From contig CP068257.2 in the NCBI GenBank assembly GCA_009914755.4, positions 31,936,001 through 32,000,000 of the forward strand: a stretch of DNA of 64,000 nucleotides, given 5' to 3'. The notes beneath the pieces were generated by a model, which was not told the DNA's origin, ran no database searches, and worked only from the letters and a program-made list of their open reading frames with translations. This DNA is from the human T2T-CHM13v2.0 reference genome, Homo sapiens. Both the position numbers and the translations under genes were made by a program. Below are positions 30,558-50,366 of this stretch, in pieces. How positions within the stretch are numbered: position 1 is the stretch's first letter; each line of letters starts with the position of its first letter.

Positions 30558-31020
30558 CTAAAATCCAAAGGTGACAGTGGGCAGTTTTTGCCCATTGAGA
30601 AATAGAGAATTTTATTAAAGACAATCTTTACCAAACACTTAGGTCTAAGAATCTTTATTGCTTTCTATAGGAAAGCATTAATAATTGTTATAGGAACGAA
30701 AACATAGTTTATCCTTATTTGAGCCAGATGTAATGGTAAGCCGTAGTATCAGAACATTTAAACATAGATGGGAACATTTTCCTGTTTCTACCATCCTTAA
30801 GGACAATGACTACCTTTTTTATCATGAGGAATAGGGGTGGGCATGTGTGTGTAGGTAACACTACATCCAACCCTCTCTCCAAAAGGCTGTTTTAAAAGTA
30901 GCCAGTAAACACTGATACGGCAAATCACAAATCATCCTAATCTATTTATTGAAAAGATGTATAATATACCAAGACCTTTTTCAGGGTAATCCTTTTTAAC
31001 CTAGTTTGAGACTTTAAAAA

Positions 31021-31302
31021 AATTTTTTTAAGATAGTCTCACTCTGTCACTGAGGCTAGAGTACAGTGGCACAATCAGAGCTCACTGCAGTCTTGACCTC
31101 CTGGGCTTAAACAATCCTCCTACCTGAGCCTCCCAAGTAGCTGGGACTACAGGCACCCACCACCATGCTCAGCTAATTTTTTTTTTTTTTTTTTTTTGTA
31201 GAGATGGGGTCTCACTACGTTACTCAGGCTGGTCTCAAGCAATCCCCCCACCTCAGCCCCCAAAATGCTGAGATTACAGGCATGGGCTATTGTGCCCAGC
31301 CT
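31021..31302 (-). mobile_element. Alu
   Basis: Alu antisense consensus. Confidence 0.85.
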
Positions 31303-31754
31303 CCTAGTTTTGAGTTGATGCTTTAAAATAATCAAAATGTATATCTCTAAAACCATTCTAGAACTCACAAACTCCACAAAATTCATAAAATTTTTCTTAT
31401 ACAGGTAAGAAAATCTGTAAATCCATCAGCCCTTGCAATCCCACCCAATTGCTTTTCACTTCTTTCTTTGTATTTTCTTTCTCAAAAAGCCTTAGAGAAA
31501 AATAATTTAACAATTCTTGCCTGCAACACTGATTAATTTGCAAGACAAGTCTCTAAATGTATGAGCAGTTACTCAATCTGACTTAAAAAAAAAAAAGGTA
31601 TGAAAGCACCATAAGCACCATCTGGGAAAGACAAAACTTCCTGTCTTTGTATCTTTAAATTTCCAAAGAAAAACTTAATGGAAGGCAGCATCTGCTATTT
31701 TGCAAAGGAGAGCATTTCACACTTAATTTGTTACTTTAACACATAACTATTTTA

Positions 31755-32006
<252 letters not shown>

Positions 32007-32423
32007 TCAAGAAAAAACCTTCAACCTAAAGATTTTATCAGCTAACATGATCACTGAAAAGTAAAAATCATATAAGCTGTATAATAAATAACATGAAAAA
32101 TACATTACACACTGTAAAAAAGTCTGAAAGGAGTCACACTAAACTTTTAACCATGGTTACCTATGGGAAGCGGGAATTTGTTGTTGGGGGTAGGGGTGGT
32201 GGAGGGGCAGATTTCACTTTTTAGTTTTTACAGTTCTTTATGGTAGTATAGATGTTTGTATTGAAGTAGAAATATTCCAAGTGTTAAAACATTTTGGATC
32301 TTTTAAGCTTCTGAAACTCTGCATCCAGGGCTAACAAAGCCCATATTTAAGAAACATTTCCTGACTTCAAATATTTCCCCTCAACCTGTCTGCTTCAGGT
32401 CGACGTTCTCCACAATACAAGAA

Positions 32424-32728
32424 TTTTTTTTTTTTTAAATTGAGACGGAGTCTCCCTCTGTCGCCTAGGCTGAGTGAAGTGGTGTGATCTCGGCTCAGTA
32501 CCAACCTCTGCCGCCTAGGATCAAGCGATTCTCGTGCCTCGTCCTCCCGAGTACCTGGGACTACAGGCGTGCCCCACCACGCCTGGCTAATTTTTTTGTA
32601 TTTTTAGTCGAGACGGGGGTTTCGTCATATTGGCCAGGCTGTTCGCGAACTCCTGACCTCAGGTGTGATCCGCCTGCTTCAGCCTCTCAAAGTGTTGGGA
32701 TTACAGACATGAGCCACTGTGCCCGGCC
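32424..32728 (-). mobile_element. Alu
   Basis: Poly-T...GAGCCACTGTGCCCGGCC. Confidence 0.88.
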
Positions 32729-33289
32729 AAGCATTCTTTTATATCACAATAAAATATCAGAGAAGGGGGAACTATCTTGGATAGACCATAAGAAGGTCAC
32801 TTATTTACAAGAGAAACTGGGTCTTGGAGAACTCTTCTAGCCTGTTCCCATTAGGACAAACCGCATTTATCAAACTACACAGCACAATGGTAGTAGTTGG
32901 GGAATGGAAACGTGTGTGTGTTAGGGGAGAGGAGCAACGAGGTTCAGTGCTATGCCACAACCTGTGGAGGTGGGCCAGGAGGGCTGGCTCTGAGTGATGA
33001 ACTGGAGAAGTCAACTGCCCAAAGAAGAGTGGTAAAAACTGTTAGAGAGTAAAAGAAAACCCCCACGTCTATCAGGCCTATTTTAGCGCTGGCTATCTTT
33101 ACAGTCATCATTACTGTATCAAACCAACTCCTTTACCTTGGCTGATGCGGTATTTTCATCCCTGGTTGAGATGATCAAGCCTCTCTGTAAAACTACTTTC
33201 CAAGCAAAATGCTTCTGAGAAGTATAAATGTATTTTTAAAAATAGGCTCAAATCCTATGAAAAAAAAGTTTATACAAATACACATTCTA

Positions 33290-33397
<108 letters not shown>

Positions 33398-33599
33398 TTA
33401 AATATATTCTCCTTTAAAATTTAAAGGATGCTGAAGTTTGCGTTAAATATGTACAGAGCCTCACCTGGCATACATGTTTCTCAATAAACGCAAGTACACC
33501 TAAATTCAGAGGCACCCCATCCAATCTATGAGTTTCAACACTTCAGTTTTGTGTCTGAACTTTAGTATCAAAATTGAGGGGAACAGGGACCGGCGTTTC

Positions 33600-34870
<1,271 letters not shown>

Positions 34871-35506
34871 CCATAAACTTAAGAGAGGGCAGTGGCTACT
34901 GCTCTCAAGAGGCGAGGAGAGGGGACTAGGCCACCTTCCTCAACCCCCAGAGAACTCAGATAAGACGTCAGCACGCTTCCTATGCCAGCGCAGCCTACCG
35001 ACATCCCTCCCTTCCCCGTTCCCAGTGCCTGGTCATCTCAGACTTCCAGGCAGCTGCCACTGGCAAGTTAATGGGATCTTCTTTGATCCTGGGGAAAGCC
35101 GGAGTGAATGAATAGTTGAAAACACAAAATTTAAGTGCCTATGGGCTAAGTCTTTTAAGACTTCAAAATATACTCAAATGCTTAAATTATGACAGCAAAG
35201 ACTTAAGGAAGGTGTTGAGAACGGAGTTGATACAAAATTAATACGTTACTTTGATAGCTTAGCAAAGGCCTGCAACAGCTTTTATCAAGAGTAGTGTGAC
35301 TTTTGCTGAAAGCAGCAGTTTTCTTCATGGAAGGAATTTTATAGCAGGGGCAAAATATATAGAAACAATGAAAAGGTTTTTAGAAAAATTCCCTTAAGAT
35401 GTTAATTATAGAATTATCTTGATCATTTGCACAAGAATTTTTCAAACACTTTTCAAATGTGTCAACTGAGCATCTTGTCTTAGCAGAGAAACGTGCTTAA
35501 AAATGC

Positions 35507-35606
35507 AACTTGTTTTATCTTCCTTGGTTTTTCTCAACAATTTCCAAAGAAAATTCTGGCTTCAAATACTGGAATATGTTCATCCGACTGAGGTCTGAGA
35601 AAGAAG
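35507..35606 (-). pseudogene. Diverged tandem copy (pseudo-exon) of the CRYZL1 terminal exon, lying in the CRYZL1 3'UTR.
   Basis: About 75% identity to 35622-35724, including a retained ..ttctcAG|ACCTCAG acceptor-like site. The reading frame is degenerate (FSDLSRMNIFQYLKPEFSLEIVEKNQGR*). Confidence 0.6.
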
Positions 35607-35610
35607 AAAA

Positions 35611-35745
<135 letters not shown>

Positions 35746-35816
35746 TTAAAGATAAGTAGAACAAACAGGGTGGTATATGACAAATGCTAGTGCTCAAATC
35801 TATTAGTGTATTAATT

Positions 35817-36124
<308 letters not shown>

Positions 36125-36181
36125 TAATTCAAACAAATTCGTCCATTAGTGTTTCCAATGTTAAAAGTGGTTAAGTTTTGA

Positions 36182-36541
<360 letters not shown>

Positions 36542-36950
36542 TAAACAAATATACCATGGTTTTCTCTCCTTCAAGCTATTGGTTACTTCAAGTTGCTTTG
36601 GGAGGGGTGATGAGGAAAAGCAAAGGGTGAGGTACACTACATAATGGAGTGAGGAAAACTCACAAGCCACTTCTATCTCTGCGAGTACCTACTGGTGTAC
36701 CACCAGATACACTTTGATAAATATTAAAGAGCAGCTATTTAAACGAAATATAAGATCAGTGCAAAAGTAAATGCAGTTTTTGCCATTACTTTCAATGGCA
36801 AAAACCACAATTATGTTTGCACCAACCTAATAATAAAATATGGAGGCAACAGGTACATGGCGAGAGCTAAAACAAAAGTGGGACTGCCTGCCTTAGCTCC
36901 CTGAAAATAGAAAAACAAACAAGAACAATGATTTGGTTACTTTAGCGTAC

Positions 36951-36996
36951 CTGAAAACACCAGTTGATAACTTCTCCATCACATCCTTTAAGATAC
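36951..36996 (-). CDS. CRYZL1: CRYZL1 exon (C-ILKDVMEKLSTGVF-R)
   Basis: The 3' end of the U12 intron is ..CCACCTTAACaatccttccagctAC|GT. A branch-site-like CCTTAAC lies about 16 nt upstream and the intron ends in AC. Donor TTCAG|GTACGC. 46 nt = 2+14 codons+2. TGT (Cys) is reconstituted only with the AC boundary. Confidence 0.8.
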
Positions 36997-37574
36997 GTAG
37001 CTGGAAGGATTGTTAAGGTGGCAATGTAAAGGAGAATTAAATAAAACCATTCAATAAGCAGAGGATGCCAGGCAGGCCACTTTCTCTTGTTTCAAGTTTT
37101 GCACTCTCAGAGACTCAACATGTTAAGTTAGAGAAATTCTGTAGGACGTCAAGTTTAGCTCTACAACAGGGAAATGATTTGAGAGTTGGTGGTGTAATAG
37201 AGCCTAAATTTCCAAGGACAAGTGACAAGAGCAGCAAGTCAAGCCTGGTGCTTATCCTAAGTGCTCACCACTATTATCTCAATGGATGCGAATGAAATAG
37301 TGTCTAGTTTTCATTTCTACACTACATATGGCATTTTTAGTTAAAAACAATTTTAGCACGTATATATCTTACTTTAGATGTACATTCGTTGACCAGGCTG
37401 GTTGGTTAATGGGCTCAAAATTTGTTTGCAGAAGCCAGTAAACTTTATGTGTGTATGATATACAGTCATCCCTCACGCATCCATGAGGGATTGGTTCCAG
37501 GACCCCCATGAAGACCAAAATCTCCAGATACTCAAGTCCCTTATAGAAAATAGTGCAGCAGCTTGGGAAACAAG

Positions 37575-37775
37575 GCTCTCTACAAAAAAATTAAAAATTA
37601 GCCAGGCATGGTGGCATGTGCCTGTTGCCCCAGCTACTGGGGAGGCTGAGGCAGGAGGATCCCTTGAGCACATGGGTTTGAGGTTACAGTGAGCTGGAAT
37701 GAGCACTGCACTCCAGCCAGGGCAACAGAGCAATACCCTGTCTCAAAAGAAAAAAAAAAAGAAAGAAAAAAAAAA
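37575..37775 (+). mobile_element. Alu right-monomer fragment
   Basis: ttagccaggcatggtggc...tctcaaaag(a)n. Confidence 0.8.
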
Positions 37776-37933
37776 TGGCCTAGTATTTGCATATAACCGA
37801 GGCACATCTCCATTATACATTAAGTCATCTCTATATTACTTATAATACCTAATGCAATGTAAATACTATGTAGATAGTGGTTATGCTATTTTTTTTGTTT
37901 TTTTTATTGTCGTATTATTACTTTTTCAGAGCT

Positions 37934-38225
37934 TTTTTTTTTTTTTTTTGAGACAGGGGCCCCCTCTGTGGCCCAGGCTAGAGTGCAGTGGCATGATCAT
38001 GGCTCACTGCAGCCTCAACCTCTCAGGCTCTAGTGATCCTCAGCCTCCCAAGTAGCTGGGACCACAGCAATTCACCGCCACACCAGGTTAATTTATTTTT
38101 ATTTTTGTATAGACAGGGTCTCCCTATGTTGCCCGGGCTGGTCTCAAACTCCTGAGATGAAGCCATCCTCCTGCCTCAGCCTCCCAAAGTGCTGGGATTA
38201 CAGGCATGAGCCACTGCCCCCAGCC
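37934..38225 (-). mobile_element. Alu
   Basis: Alu antisense consensus. Confidence 0.88.
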
Positions 38226-38557
38226 TCCAAATATTTTTGATCCTTGATTGGTTGAATCCCTGGATGTGGAACCCTCAGATACAGGGGGCTGATCGTATGT
38301 CACTAAGAGAATCAGAAAATGATGTAAAAATCAAAGAAAAAATCTATCTTGCTAATTTAATTGAAATTATAATACTAAGATCAAGATTCTATGTAATTGC
38401 CCGTACTTCTGAATTATTTATGGCCCAGAATGACACAGTTGGAAGGAGATGTCTCTGTTAAATCACAAGCAGCAACTTAGCTTGTATGAACTGAATGAGG
38501 AGGGTTTGCACAAGTGAGGACTACTGTATGATTCAGGACTTTAGAAAATGCAAATTA

Positions 38558-39216
<659 letters not shown>

Positions 39217-39488
39217 CTAAAGAATATAAATTTACTAATTCACATCCCTGCAAGTTCCCTTCCTACTGCTGTTAATAAAATTCTTACCTGTGTGCAAAGC
39301 ATGTATTTCTGATTCTGGAAAATGTACAGTATTTCATATACACATGTCATGTTTCAACTTGGTCCAAGGATTTGTCAAATAGGTTAAAATTGCCTTCTCA
39401 TCGGGAGAGGTGGTTTGAGAGAATTAAGTTATATACTATAAGCAGAGCAGTCTAGTTTCCAACATGTAAGATTCAAAACTAATAGCTA

Positions 39489-39803
<315 letters not shown>

Positions 39804-39893
39804 AAACTAATAGCTACATAGTATTCTAACCTTAACTAATGTTACTTTTGTTAACTGTTACTTTTAATAGCCACATGGTATTCTCCACTGTAG

Positions 39894-40247
<354 letters not shown>

Positions 40248-40429
40248 TCATGTACCTTTTTAAAAAATGAAATTAATTAAAAATCCTTTTAGAAAGTTAA
40301 ATCTAATTTTCAAATTTAATAGGAAATATTTAATCAGAAATAACTTTAAACTCATACATTCACTACATGAAGGGGTTTTGAAATCTACTCCTTAAAACTT
40401 AACACATGCAGTATACTAATTACGTAACT

Positions 40430-40597
40430 TTTTTTTTTTTTTTTTTTTTTTGAGATGGAGTCTCACTCTGTCACCAGGCTGGAGTGTAGTAGTGCAATCT
40501 TGGCTCACTGAAACCTCTGCCTCCCAGGTTCAAGCGATTCTTCTGCCTCAGCCTCATGAGTAGCTGGGATTACAGGCATGTGCCACCATGCCCGGCC
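40430..40597 (-). mobile_element. Alu partial (monomer)
   Basis: Poly-T...ggattacaggcatgtgccaccatgcccggcc. Confidence 0.8.
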
Positions 40598-41231
40598 TAC
40601 ATAACTACCTTAAAGCTCCGAATAAAGACTGTCATTGCTCCTGGAGGGAACTGGCCTTTATACATATCACACATATATGACTAGACACATTTAAGAAAAG
40701 TAACGTATGATATTCAGTAGAGAGAAGTGTAAGGCTATGTAAATCTTTCTTCAGACACACACATATGCTCTATCAAGTAATGATAACTTTTTTTTTATCC
40801 AATACATTAAAACTTTTACCAAGTGCTGCTGCCTCTAAGCCAGTCATTTTAGAAATAAAAGGAATTCTTAAGTTGACCCTACTCTAAAGAGGTTTGCACC
40901 TTTCTTTTTGAAATTGTTTGTATATTCCAAACTTTTTATTATTTTTACTCAACTGGAATGATTTGGCTTCAATCACACCAGACTTATCTCTGAATGACTT
41001 TTGTTTCAAAAAGTCAAACCTATCTTCATTTGATAAAGATTTCCTAGCATTGATATTTATAAAACACTCCACAAACTCTTTAATTTAGAAAAGTATTCTG
41101 AAATGTTTCTGTGCAATGGCACCATCATAGGAGTAAGTGTGCAACCTTTCAAGGTGATGTGTGCTTTCCTTAATGTGAGGTTAAAAACAAAATCTTCCAG
41201 GTATCTTAGGGCTCATCTCTGTTCAGAAAGG

Positions 41232-41420
41232 AGAGAGACTGCCTGAGTGTGATTCTTGCTCCGCCACTTGCTGCGTCCTTGAGTCTGTATCAACATCTCT
41301 GTGCTTCTGTTTCTTCACCTGTGAAATGGGGATGATAACAGTACTTACATCTCAAAAGGCTGTTTTAATGTTTAAATGAATACTTGCAAGGCACTTGGAA
41401 TACTGTTTGGAATACTTAAG
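41232..41420 (+). mobile_element. MIR
   Basis: ..ttcttcacctgtgaaatggggatgataacagtacttacatctcaaaaggctgttttaatg.. matches the MIR core. Confidence 0.7.
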
Positions 41421-41520
41421 GAAACTTAACTGCTATTATTATTTCCTATTATCGTAATGAAAGAACTTAGTACAGTACAAAGTTCAAGCCAGAAACTCAA
41501 TCAGTCGATAAAAAGGATAT

Positions 41521-41626
41521 AAAGATATTTTCCCTGTTGTACATTTGACAAATTCCAAACTTCATCATTCAGGAAAGCTAACGTTGCTCCCTTGAGGAAA
41601 AGGCAGTGGCTATCTGGAGGATCCAA
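41521..41626 (-). CDS. CRYZL1: CRYZL1 exon ([36 protein letters not shown]). It is followed by an AT-AC U12-type intron.
   Basis: Acceptor ttctatccaAG|TTG. The exon ends ...TATCTTT|ATATCCTTTT. There is no GT donor; ATATCCTTT is the canonical U12 AT-AC 5' splice site. 106 nt = 35 codons+1. Confidence 0.82.
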
Positions 41627-42147
41627 CTTGGATAGAATGAAACAAAGACTAATCAATTATTGTGAGTTTAACAGCAGGATGACTGGTATCTCGAGTCAGA
41701 AAAACTTCTACACAAATTAAATGATGTCCAAATCACAAAAATATGCACATAAACTTTAATAACGTAAACGATAATATTTTCTATTTCATGGTCCAAAATG
41801 ATGAAACAGCGAGGTGATAAGTACATGGCAGATGCAAGGCCAATCTAGAATCCTGGTGGTGAAGTGGTAGGGGTGTGTGTGTGTCTTTTCTGGCCATCTT
41901 CATGAGGGTGTTGGAAAATCAGTGAAGATTGGTAGGTGAGAATTACGGTATTTGCATATCAGCCATCATGTAAATATGTAACTAGAATGCTGAAAAATAT
42001 AACCTTGAGAGATACATAAACATATATAGTAATTCCAATTTGAATAATTAGGAAATTGTGATAATTTTATATAGAAATATTTTGCTAAGTATATGTCAAC
42101 AATGTCACCGAGAAAAAATGCTATCTGAAATACTATTAAAAATTCAT

Positions 42148-42480
<333 letters not shown>

Positions 42481-42649
42481 CTAAATCACTAAATAAAATT
42501 ACACTTCATCGTCATTGAAAGGATGTCTCTACTAGGCAGTATTTCAACATTTTGGCCAACATGTTGCTAAAGTGAAAAAAAAAGCTACATTTCTTTCTGA
42601 TATAAAATATGGAATGGAAAAAAAAAGCTAAATTTCTTTATTTTTCAGA

Positions 42650-42996
<347 letters not shown>

Positions 42997-43024
42997 TAAC
43001 TTAGGCATTATTGTTTGTTAATTA

Positions 43025-43282
<258 letters not shown>

Positions 43283-43288
43283 TTATTT

Positions 43289-43703
<415 letters not shown>

Positions 43704-44939
43704 CTCCTTACTTTTTAATGTACAAATGAGGAAATATTTTTCTTAGAAAAAGCAACACACAATGTATTCTGATACCTTAAAATCTACTTTTTGCATTAAA
43801 CTGATCATAAAATTTATTCAACATTTAATTGTAATTTATTGTAAATCTACTTATTATAGAAATAAATAAAGATAAAAAGTCTATCTTCATTTGAAAACCA
43901 GGCAAAGTAATGTAACACATAACCAAATCTGACAATTAACACTGATAGCTTAATATAGTGAGATGAATTGATTCCCAATTAAAAAACTCATAGACTCAAG
44001 ATAGTCTTAACATAATTACTGAAATGTCCATGTGAAAAAATGATGCAATAAAGTATGTATTTACTTCCACTGACAGATTTTCCTGAGCTATTTTCAAATC
44101 TTAGAAAATACTGGTTTAAAAAACCACACTATAGTCATAACCATATTCATCCATGATTCTCACATTAGAAGATAAATCCTACCAAAGTATAAATAGAAGC
44201 ACTTTGCAGGCTCGTAAAGCCTATCCTTTAGAAGTCATGCTATTACTTAAGTGTGTTCAGAGTAAGTGTTAAATAAATACTGGTTAAACTAAAAACATTC
44301 AAGAAAAGTGAAACTGGAACAAATTTTGATATTTTCCAAATAGAGACTGCAGAAGTCAACTATCCAATCGAAGGCAGCCACACACAGCAGATGGGACTGA
44401 AAAGGCATGAGAATGATGCTGTGTTTTCTGGGAGCCACTGAGGAGGCCATGTTTCTAGATTTCTTGTAGCGATATGTCATTTGTTACTCTAATGTCTACA
44501 CCAAGCTTGTCCAACTCGCAGCCTGCCCAGGATGGCATTAAATGCTGCCCAACACAAATTCGTAACTTTCTTAAAACATTATAAGACATTTTTGAGTTTT
44601 TTTTTTTTTTTTTGGCTCATAAGATATCATTAGTGTTACTGTATTTTATGTGTGGCCTAAGACAATTCTTCTTCCAATGTGGCCAGGGAAGCCAAAAGAT
44701 TGGACACCCCTAGTCTACGCTGTAAAAGATAAGCATGTTCTCTCTTACATACAGCGCTTACAATGAGAATAAAGTGGAAGTTCCAATTTAAATTAAAAAG
44801 TCTTCAGTTAAAAACAAAACCTAAAACTGAACATCTGGTTTAATAAGTGCATTAATAATTATGCCCTGGTTAAATTTTTTTTCTTAAATTCATCAAACTA
44901 AAAAAACTACACAGGCTACTAATTTCATAAGGTACCTAC

Positions 44940-45038
44940 CTCCAGCATCTAGGACAATATCTACTCCCAGGCCACCTGTTTCTTCCAAACAGCTTTCAGC
45001 AACATGAACTTTCCCATTAGATACATCAATCACTCGGG
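44940..45038 (-). CDS. CRYZL1: CRYZL1 exon ([34 protein letters not shown])
   Basis: Acceptor tcctttacAG|CC. Donor GGAG|GTAGGT. 99 nt. Confidence 0.88.
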
Positions 45039-45396
45039 CTGTAAAGGACAGGAAATCAGGCAATTGTACTGTTCTCTATGTGATCAACACAAACAAATCA
45101 GGGAAAAAGAAAAAGAAAAGCAAATAAATATCTATTCTTGAAATGAGTTAAGCAATTCAAACAATTACTGAATTTAAAGGGAGAAAGTCAATTTAAATTA
45201 TACTTTTTCTCATCTAACCCAATATGGGATATAGCAGTCTAAATGAAGAGACTTGTATATTTAATAAAACTAAAATGTGAACATTTTGTGGAGAAGGTGA
45301 TCCAAGGCTGGTCTGTTGACACAGAGCACTATTCTCTACAGTTATAGGATATGTTGCCAGAATTAGGAATCTGAAAACACAGAGGTACATATATAA

Positions 45397-45723
<327 letters not shown>

Positions 45724-46408
45724 TAGATTAAGTAGTTTCTCAAGTATGTTCATATTTAATAGTCTTTAGAGCTAAAAAACATAAAAATATACAGATGATA
45801 TGCTCATCTTTACGATGGGCTACATCCCAATATACCCACCGTAAGTCAAAAATGCACTCTATACCCCAATAAACCGATCGTAACATTTAAAAAATCCTAA
45901 ATCGAAACACTGTCAGCTGGGGACAGTCTGTATTTGTATAATATGGTAATTATCTACTAGAGGCTGTTTCACCCTTTCTCAGTCATAGAAATCTCCCTCT
46001 CTTCCCCACTTACTCTCCCAAATGAAGAAAAATCTTAAAGCTAAGGAAAAGGAGCATGATTTTTAGGCAAGTCAGTAAAAATTAAACAGATTTTAATTGG
46101 CTGCATTAAAGGATATTAGTAGTATCCTATTAATAGAATATAAATTATTGACAGAATTAAAAATAATTCTCAGAATTTTGAACTGGCAAATAACAACATG
46201 TTTGTATTTCCTTTCTCTATCTTTCAACACCTTCTAGCTGAAGAGAATTCCTCTTAGAGCTGCTCAGATTAGTGGTGTAGTCCAACAGAGTAATCTAGGA
46301 CTTGGAGGCAAGGAGGAAGAGGACAAAAGGGAAAGGGGGACAAAGCAATCTAGGAAAGGCAAATTAACAAATAAGAAATTTTCCCTTCGTTCATGTTCTT
46401 TTTTTTAA

Positions 46409-46716
<308 letters not shown>

Positions 46717-46723
46717 CCATTAA

Positions 46724-47030
46724 TGTTTTTTTTTTTTTTTTTTTTTGGGGGCGGACTGTCGCTCTGTTGCCCAGGCTGGAGTGCACTGACACGATCTCGG
46801 CTCACTGCAACCTCCACCTCCCAGGTTCTAGCAATTCTCCTGCCTTAGCCTCCTGAGTAGCTGGGATTACAGGCGTCTGCCACCACGCCCAGCTAATTTT
46901 TGTATTTTTAATAGAGATGGGGTTTCATCACGTTGGCCAGGCTGGTCTTGAACTCCTCACCTCAAGTGATCCACCCGCCTCGGCCTCCCAAAGTGCTGGG
47001 ATTGCAGATGTGAGCCACCACGCCCAGCCT
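46724..47030 (-). mobile_element. Alu, 8 bp from the previous Alu
   Basis: Alu antisense consensus. Confidence 0.88.
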
Positions 47031-47426
47031 GTGCTCTTTCTCCATTCTATTTTCAGATCTCTTCTTTTTCCTTTTCTCCTCCTTTCTCCAGCCCCTGTAT
47101 TGCCTTCCTTCTATTTCTTGGTTATCTCTGTCACAAGCATAATGTAACAGTGGAAATAATGTGAGCTTTACTGTCAGACAGGCCTGGGTTCAAATCTCAT
47201 TCCAGTCCTTTACTAGGTGTATATCCTTGGAGAAGCTAGTTCTCTGAGGCTTGTCTCTAGTTCTTCCACACCCAGCCTGCATCAGGTGTTTCTAAACTGC
47301 ATCAAAGTTCACCTAATTCAAAATTAAGTAAATTGTTGAAAACAATGGGGCAAACAGGAAAAAACATTGAAAAATGTAAGTTTAAAAAAAAATAATTAAA
47401 ATTAAAACTATCACTTAAGTAAACTG

Positions 47427-47725
47427 GGGCTGGACATGGTGGCTCATGCCTGTAATTCCAGCACTTTGGGAGGCCAAGGTGGGTGCATTGCTTGAGCTCA
47501 GAAGTTTGATACCAGCCTAGGCAACATGGCTAAACCCGTCTCTACAAAAAATACAAAAAATTAGCTGGGCGTGATGGCATATGCCTGTAGTCCCAGCTAC
47601 TCAGGTGGCTGAGGTGGGAGGATCACCTGACCCTGGGGAGGTCCATACTGCAGTGAGCCACGATTGTGCCATTGTACTCCAGCTGGGTGACACAGTGAGA
47701 CCCTGTTTCAAAAAAAAAAAAAAAA
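47427..47725 (+). mobile_element. Alu
   Basis: Alu consensus. Confidence 0.88.
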
Positions 47726-47791
47726 GCAAATTGGGAGATAGCACATACACTGCATTTTGAAACTGACTTTCATTTGGGATTTTATAAATTC

Positions 47792-47932
47792 TTTTTTTTT
47801 TTTTTTAAGATTATATATAGATGAGGTCTTCTATGTTGCTCAGGCTGGTCTCAAACTCCTGGGCTCAAGCAATCCTCCCATCCTGGCTTCCCAAGGTGCT
47901 GAGGTTACAGTTGTGAGCCACTGCACCTGGCC
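47792..47932 (-). mobile_element. Alu monomer fragment
   Basis: Poly-T...gtgagccactgcacctggcc. Confidence 0.75.
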
Positions 47933-48026
47933 AGGGATTTTGTACTTGGTTTTACAAGTACATTTTTAAAGGTGATTTTCCTTCAAAATTTCCTGTTTTA
48001 AAGTCTGTGCTCATAATATTACCCAC

Positions 48027-48138
48027 CTATGGGAGGTCTGAATCTTTCAAGGCACTGCTTATCTTCAAGGCTGCATGCTGTTGAAATCACTTTGGCTCCT
48101 CTATGATGTGCTAACTGAATAGCTATTGTACCAAATGC
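48027..48138 (-). CDS. CRYZL1: CRYZL1 exon ([38 protein letters not shown])
   Basis: Acceptor ttttctacacAG|GCA. Donor ATAG|GTGGGT. 112 nt. Confidence 0.88.
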
Positions 48139-49154
48139 CTGTGTAGAAAAAAATATACAGTGGGTGTATGGTTATAGAACAGAGGCCATATCGAATTGAT
48201 TTCTTTATATTATTTAATAAAGTATAATTCTTTAGTGTTACTTTAGTATATTTTAAAATGTTATCTAATAGGAAAAGAGCAAAGTTATGGGCAAGTTTAA
48301 TAGGGGAAATATTTGATTGACTTTCTTCTTTACAAGGGGTGGTGGAAAAGCTGCATGTCACACGCTGTCACTCAGTCTGACCACAGCACATAATTTCAAG
48401 GATGGAGGGCCACATTCAGACACATGGCCTTGCAAAGAGAAAACTGGGCCTTGTCAATGCGATGGTCTAAGCTAATTATATACTATATATGGGAGTCCAG
48501 CTATCTCTCTTTGAAGATCAAAACACTTCAAAAGCTCCATCCTGTTCAGACCTATAGGGTAAGTTTGGGGAAACACTACTATCCTGATGTTGGATATCAG
48601 GCTGAAGCCAGTGCTGAAGACAGCTTTGCCTTTTCTTCAAAGAAAAGCAGGAAGAAAGCATTTCATCACAAGCCAGTTAGAAAATAAAACTATAAGTTAA
48701 TTTCAAGATTTTCTTAACATTTTTAGATGACAATATTTTATGTATTCTTTTAGTGTCTTGAACTATTTTTTGATATATGTAATATGTTTAAATTAGGACG
48801 TGTTGATCTTTTGTGTGATCCATCTATACATAAAATGCCAATACTTGATCAACGTAAGTGTGAGGGTGGGAAATAGGCTACAAAGCTATTAGGGAATTCT
48901 GGACTATGACTTCAAAGGCTCATGTGGCATCTTAGGCTTTGTCTAACAGGAATGAATAAAAATGGCTTGTCTTTTTAATGTACCAGCAGATTCAAAGTCA
49001 TAAACTAATCACACTAAATCTAACTTTGATCTTCTATTGATAAAAGCTGCTTATTATAACAAAATAGGACACTGGAAAAAAAGTCAATCAATAAGCTATT
49101 GGCAAAGAATTATATTAGCAAATGGATGGCTCATTGCTAAATTTCCTAAGTTTA

Positions 49155-49379
<225 letters not shown>

Positions 49380-49763
49380 CTACCTCCTGGATCTATTTCT
49401 CTCCATCTCTAGTACTACTATGGCCCTGGTCCAAGCCCCTACTCCCATTCTCTCTCACCTACAATACTTTCCATTATTTGCCCATGAATAATTCTCCATA
49501 TAGGAGTCAGTGTGTGTGTATTTTTAAAACTTTTTATATTGTGAAATAAAATGTGCAGAAAAAGTATGTAAAATATAAAATATAGCTGGATGAATAAATA
49601 TAAAGGAAATATGCAAAGTTAACGGTATACCATCCTGGTGGAGAGAGAGCACAACCATCACCCCAGCAGCCTCTTCTCTCCTCACCAAAGGTCACCACCA
49701 TTCTCATGCAATTTCTTATTTGTATCACTCATTAGTACGCATTCCTAAACAATACAATTTCCT

Positions 49764-50366
<603 letters not shown>

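Noticed and set aside
36997-37002. Conventional CAG acceptor (..ccttcCAG|CTACGT) for the small CRYZL1 exon
   Set aside because: The upstream exon has no GT donor in reach. A CAG| boundary puts CTACGT in frame, giving Leu-Arg, and breaks continuity. The AT...AC boundaries restore the Cys codon and match the U12 consensus.
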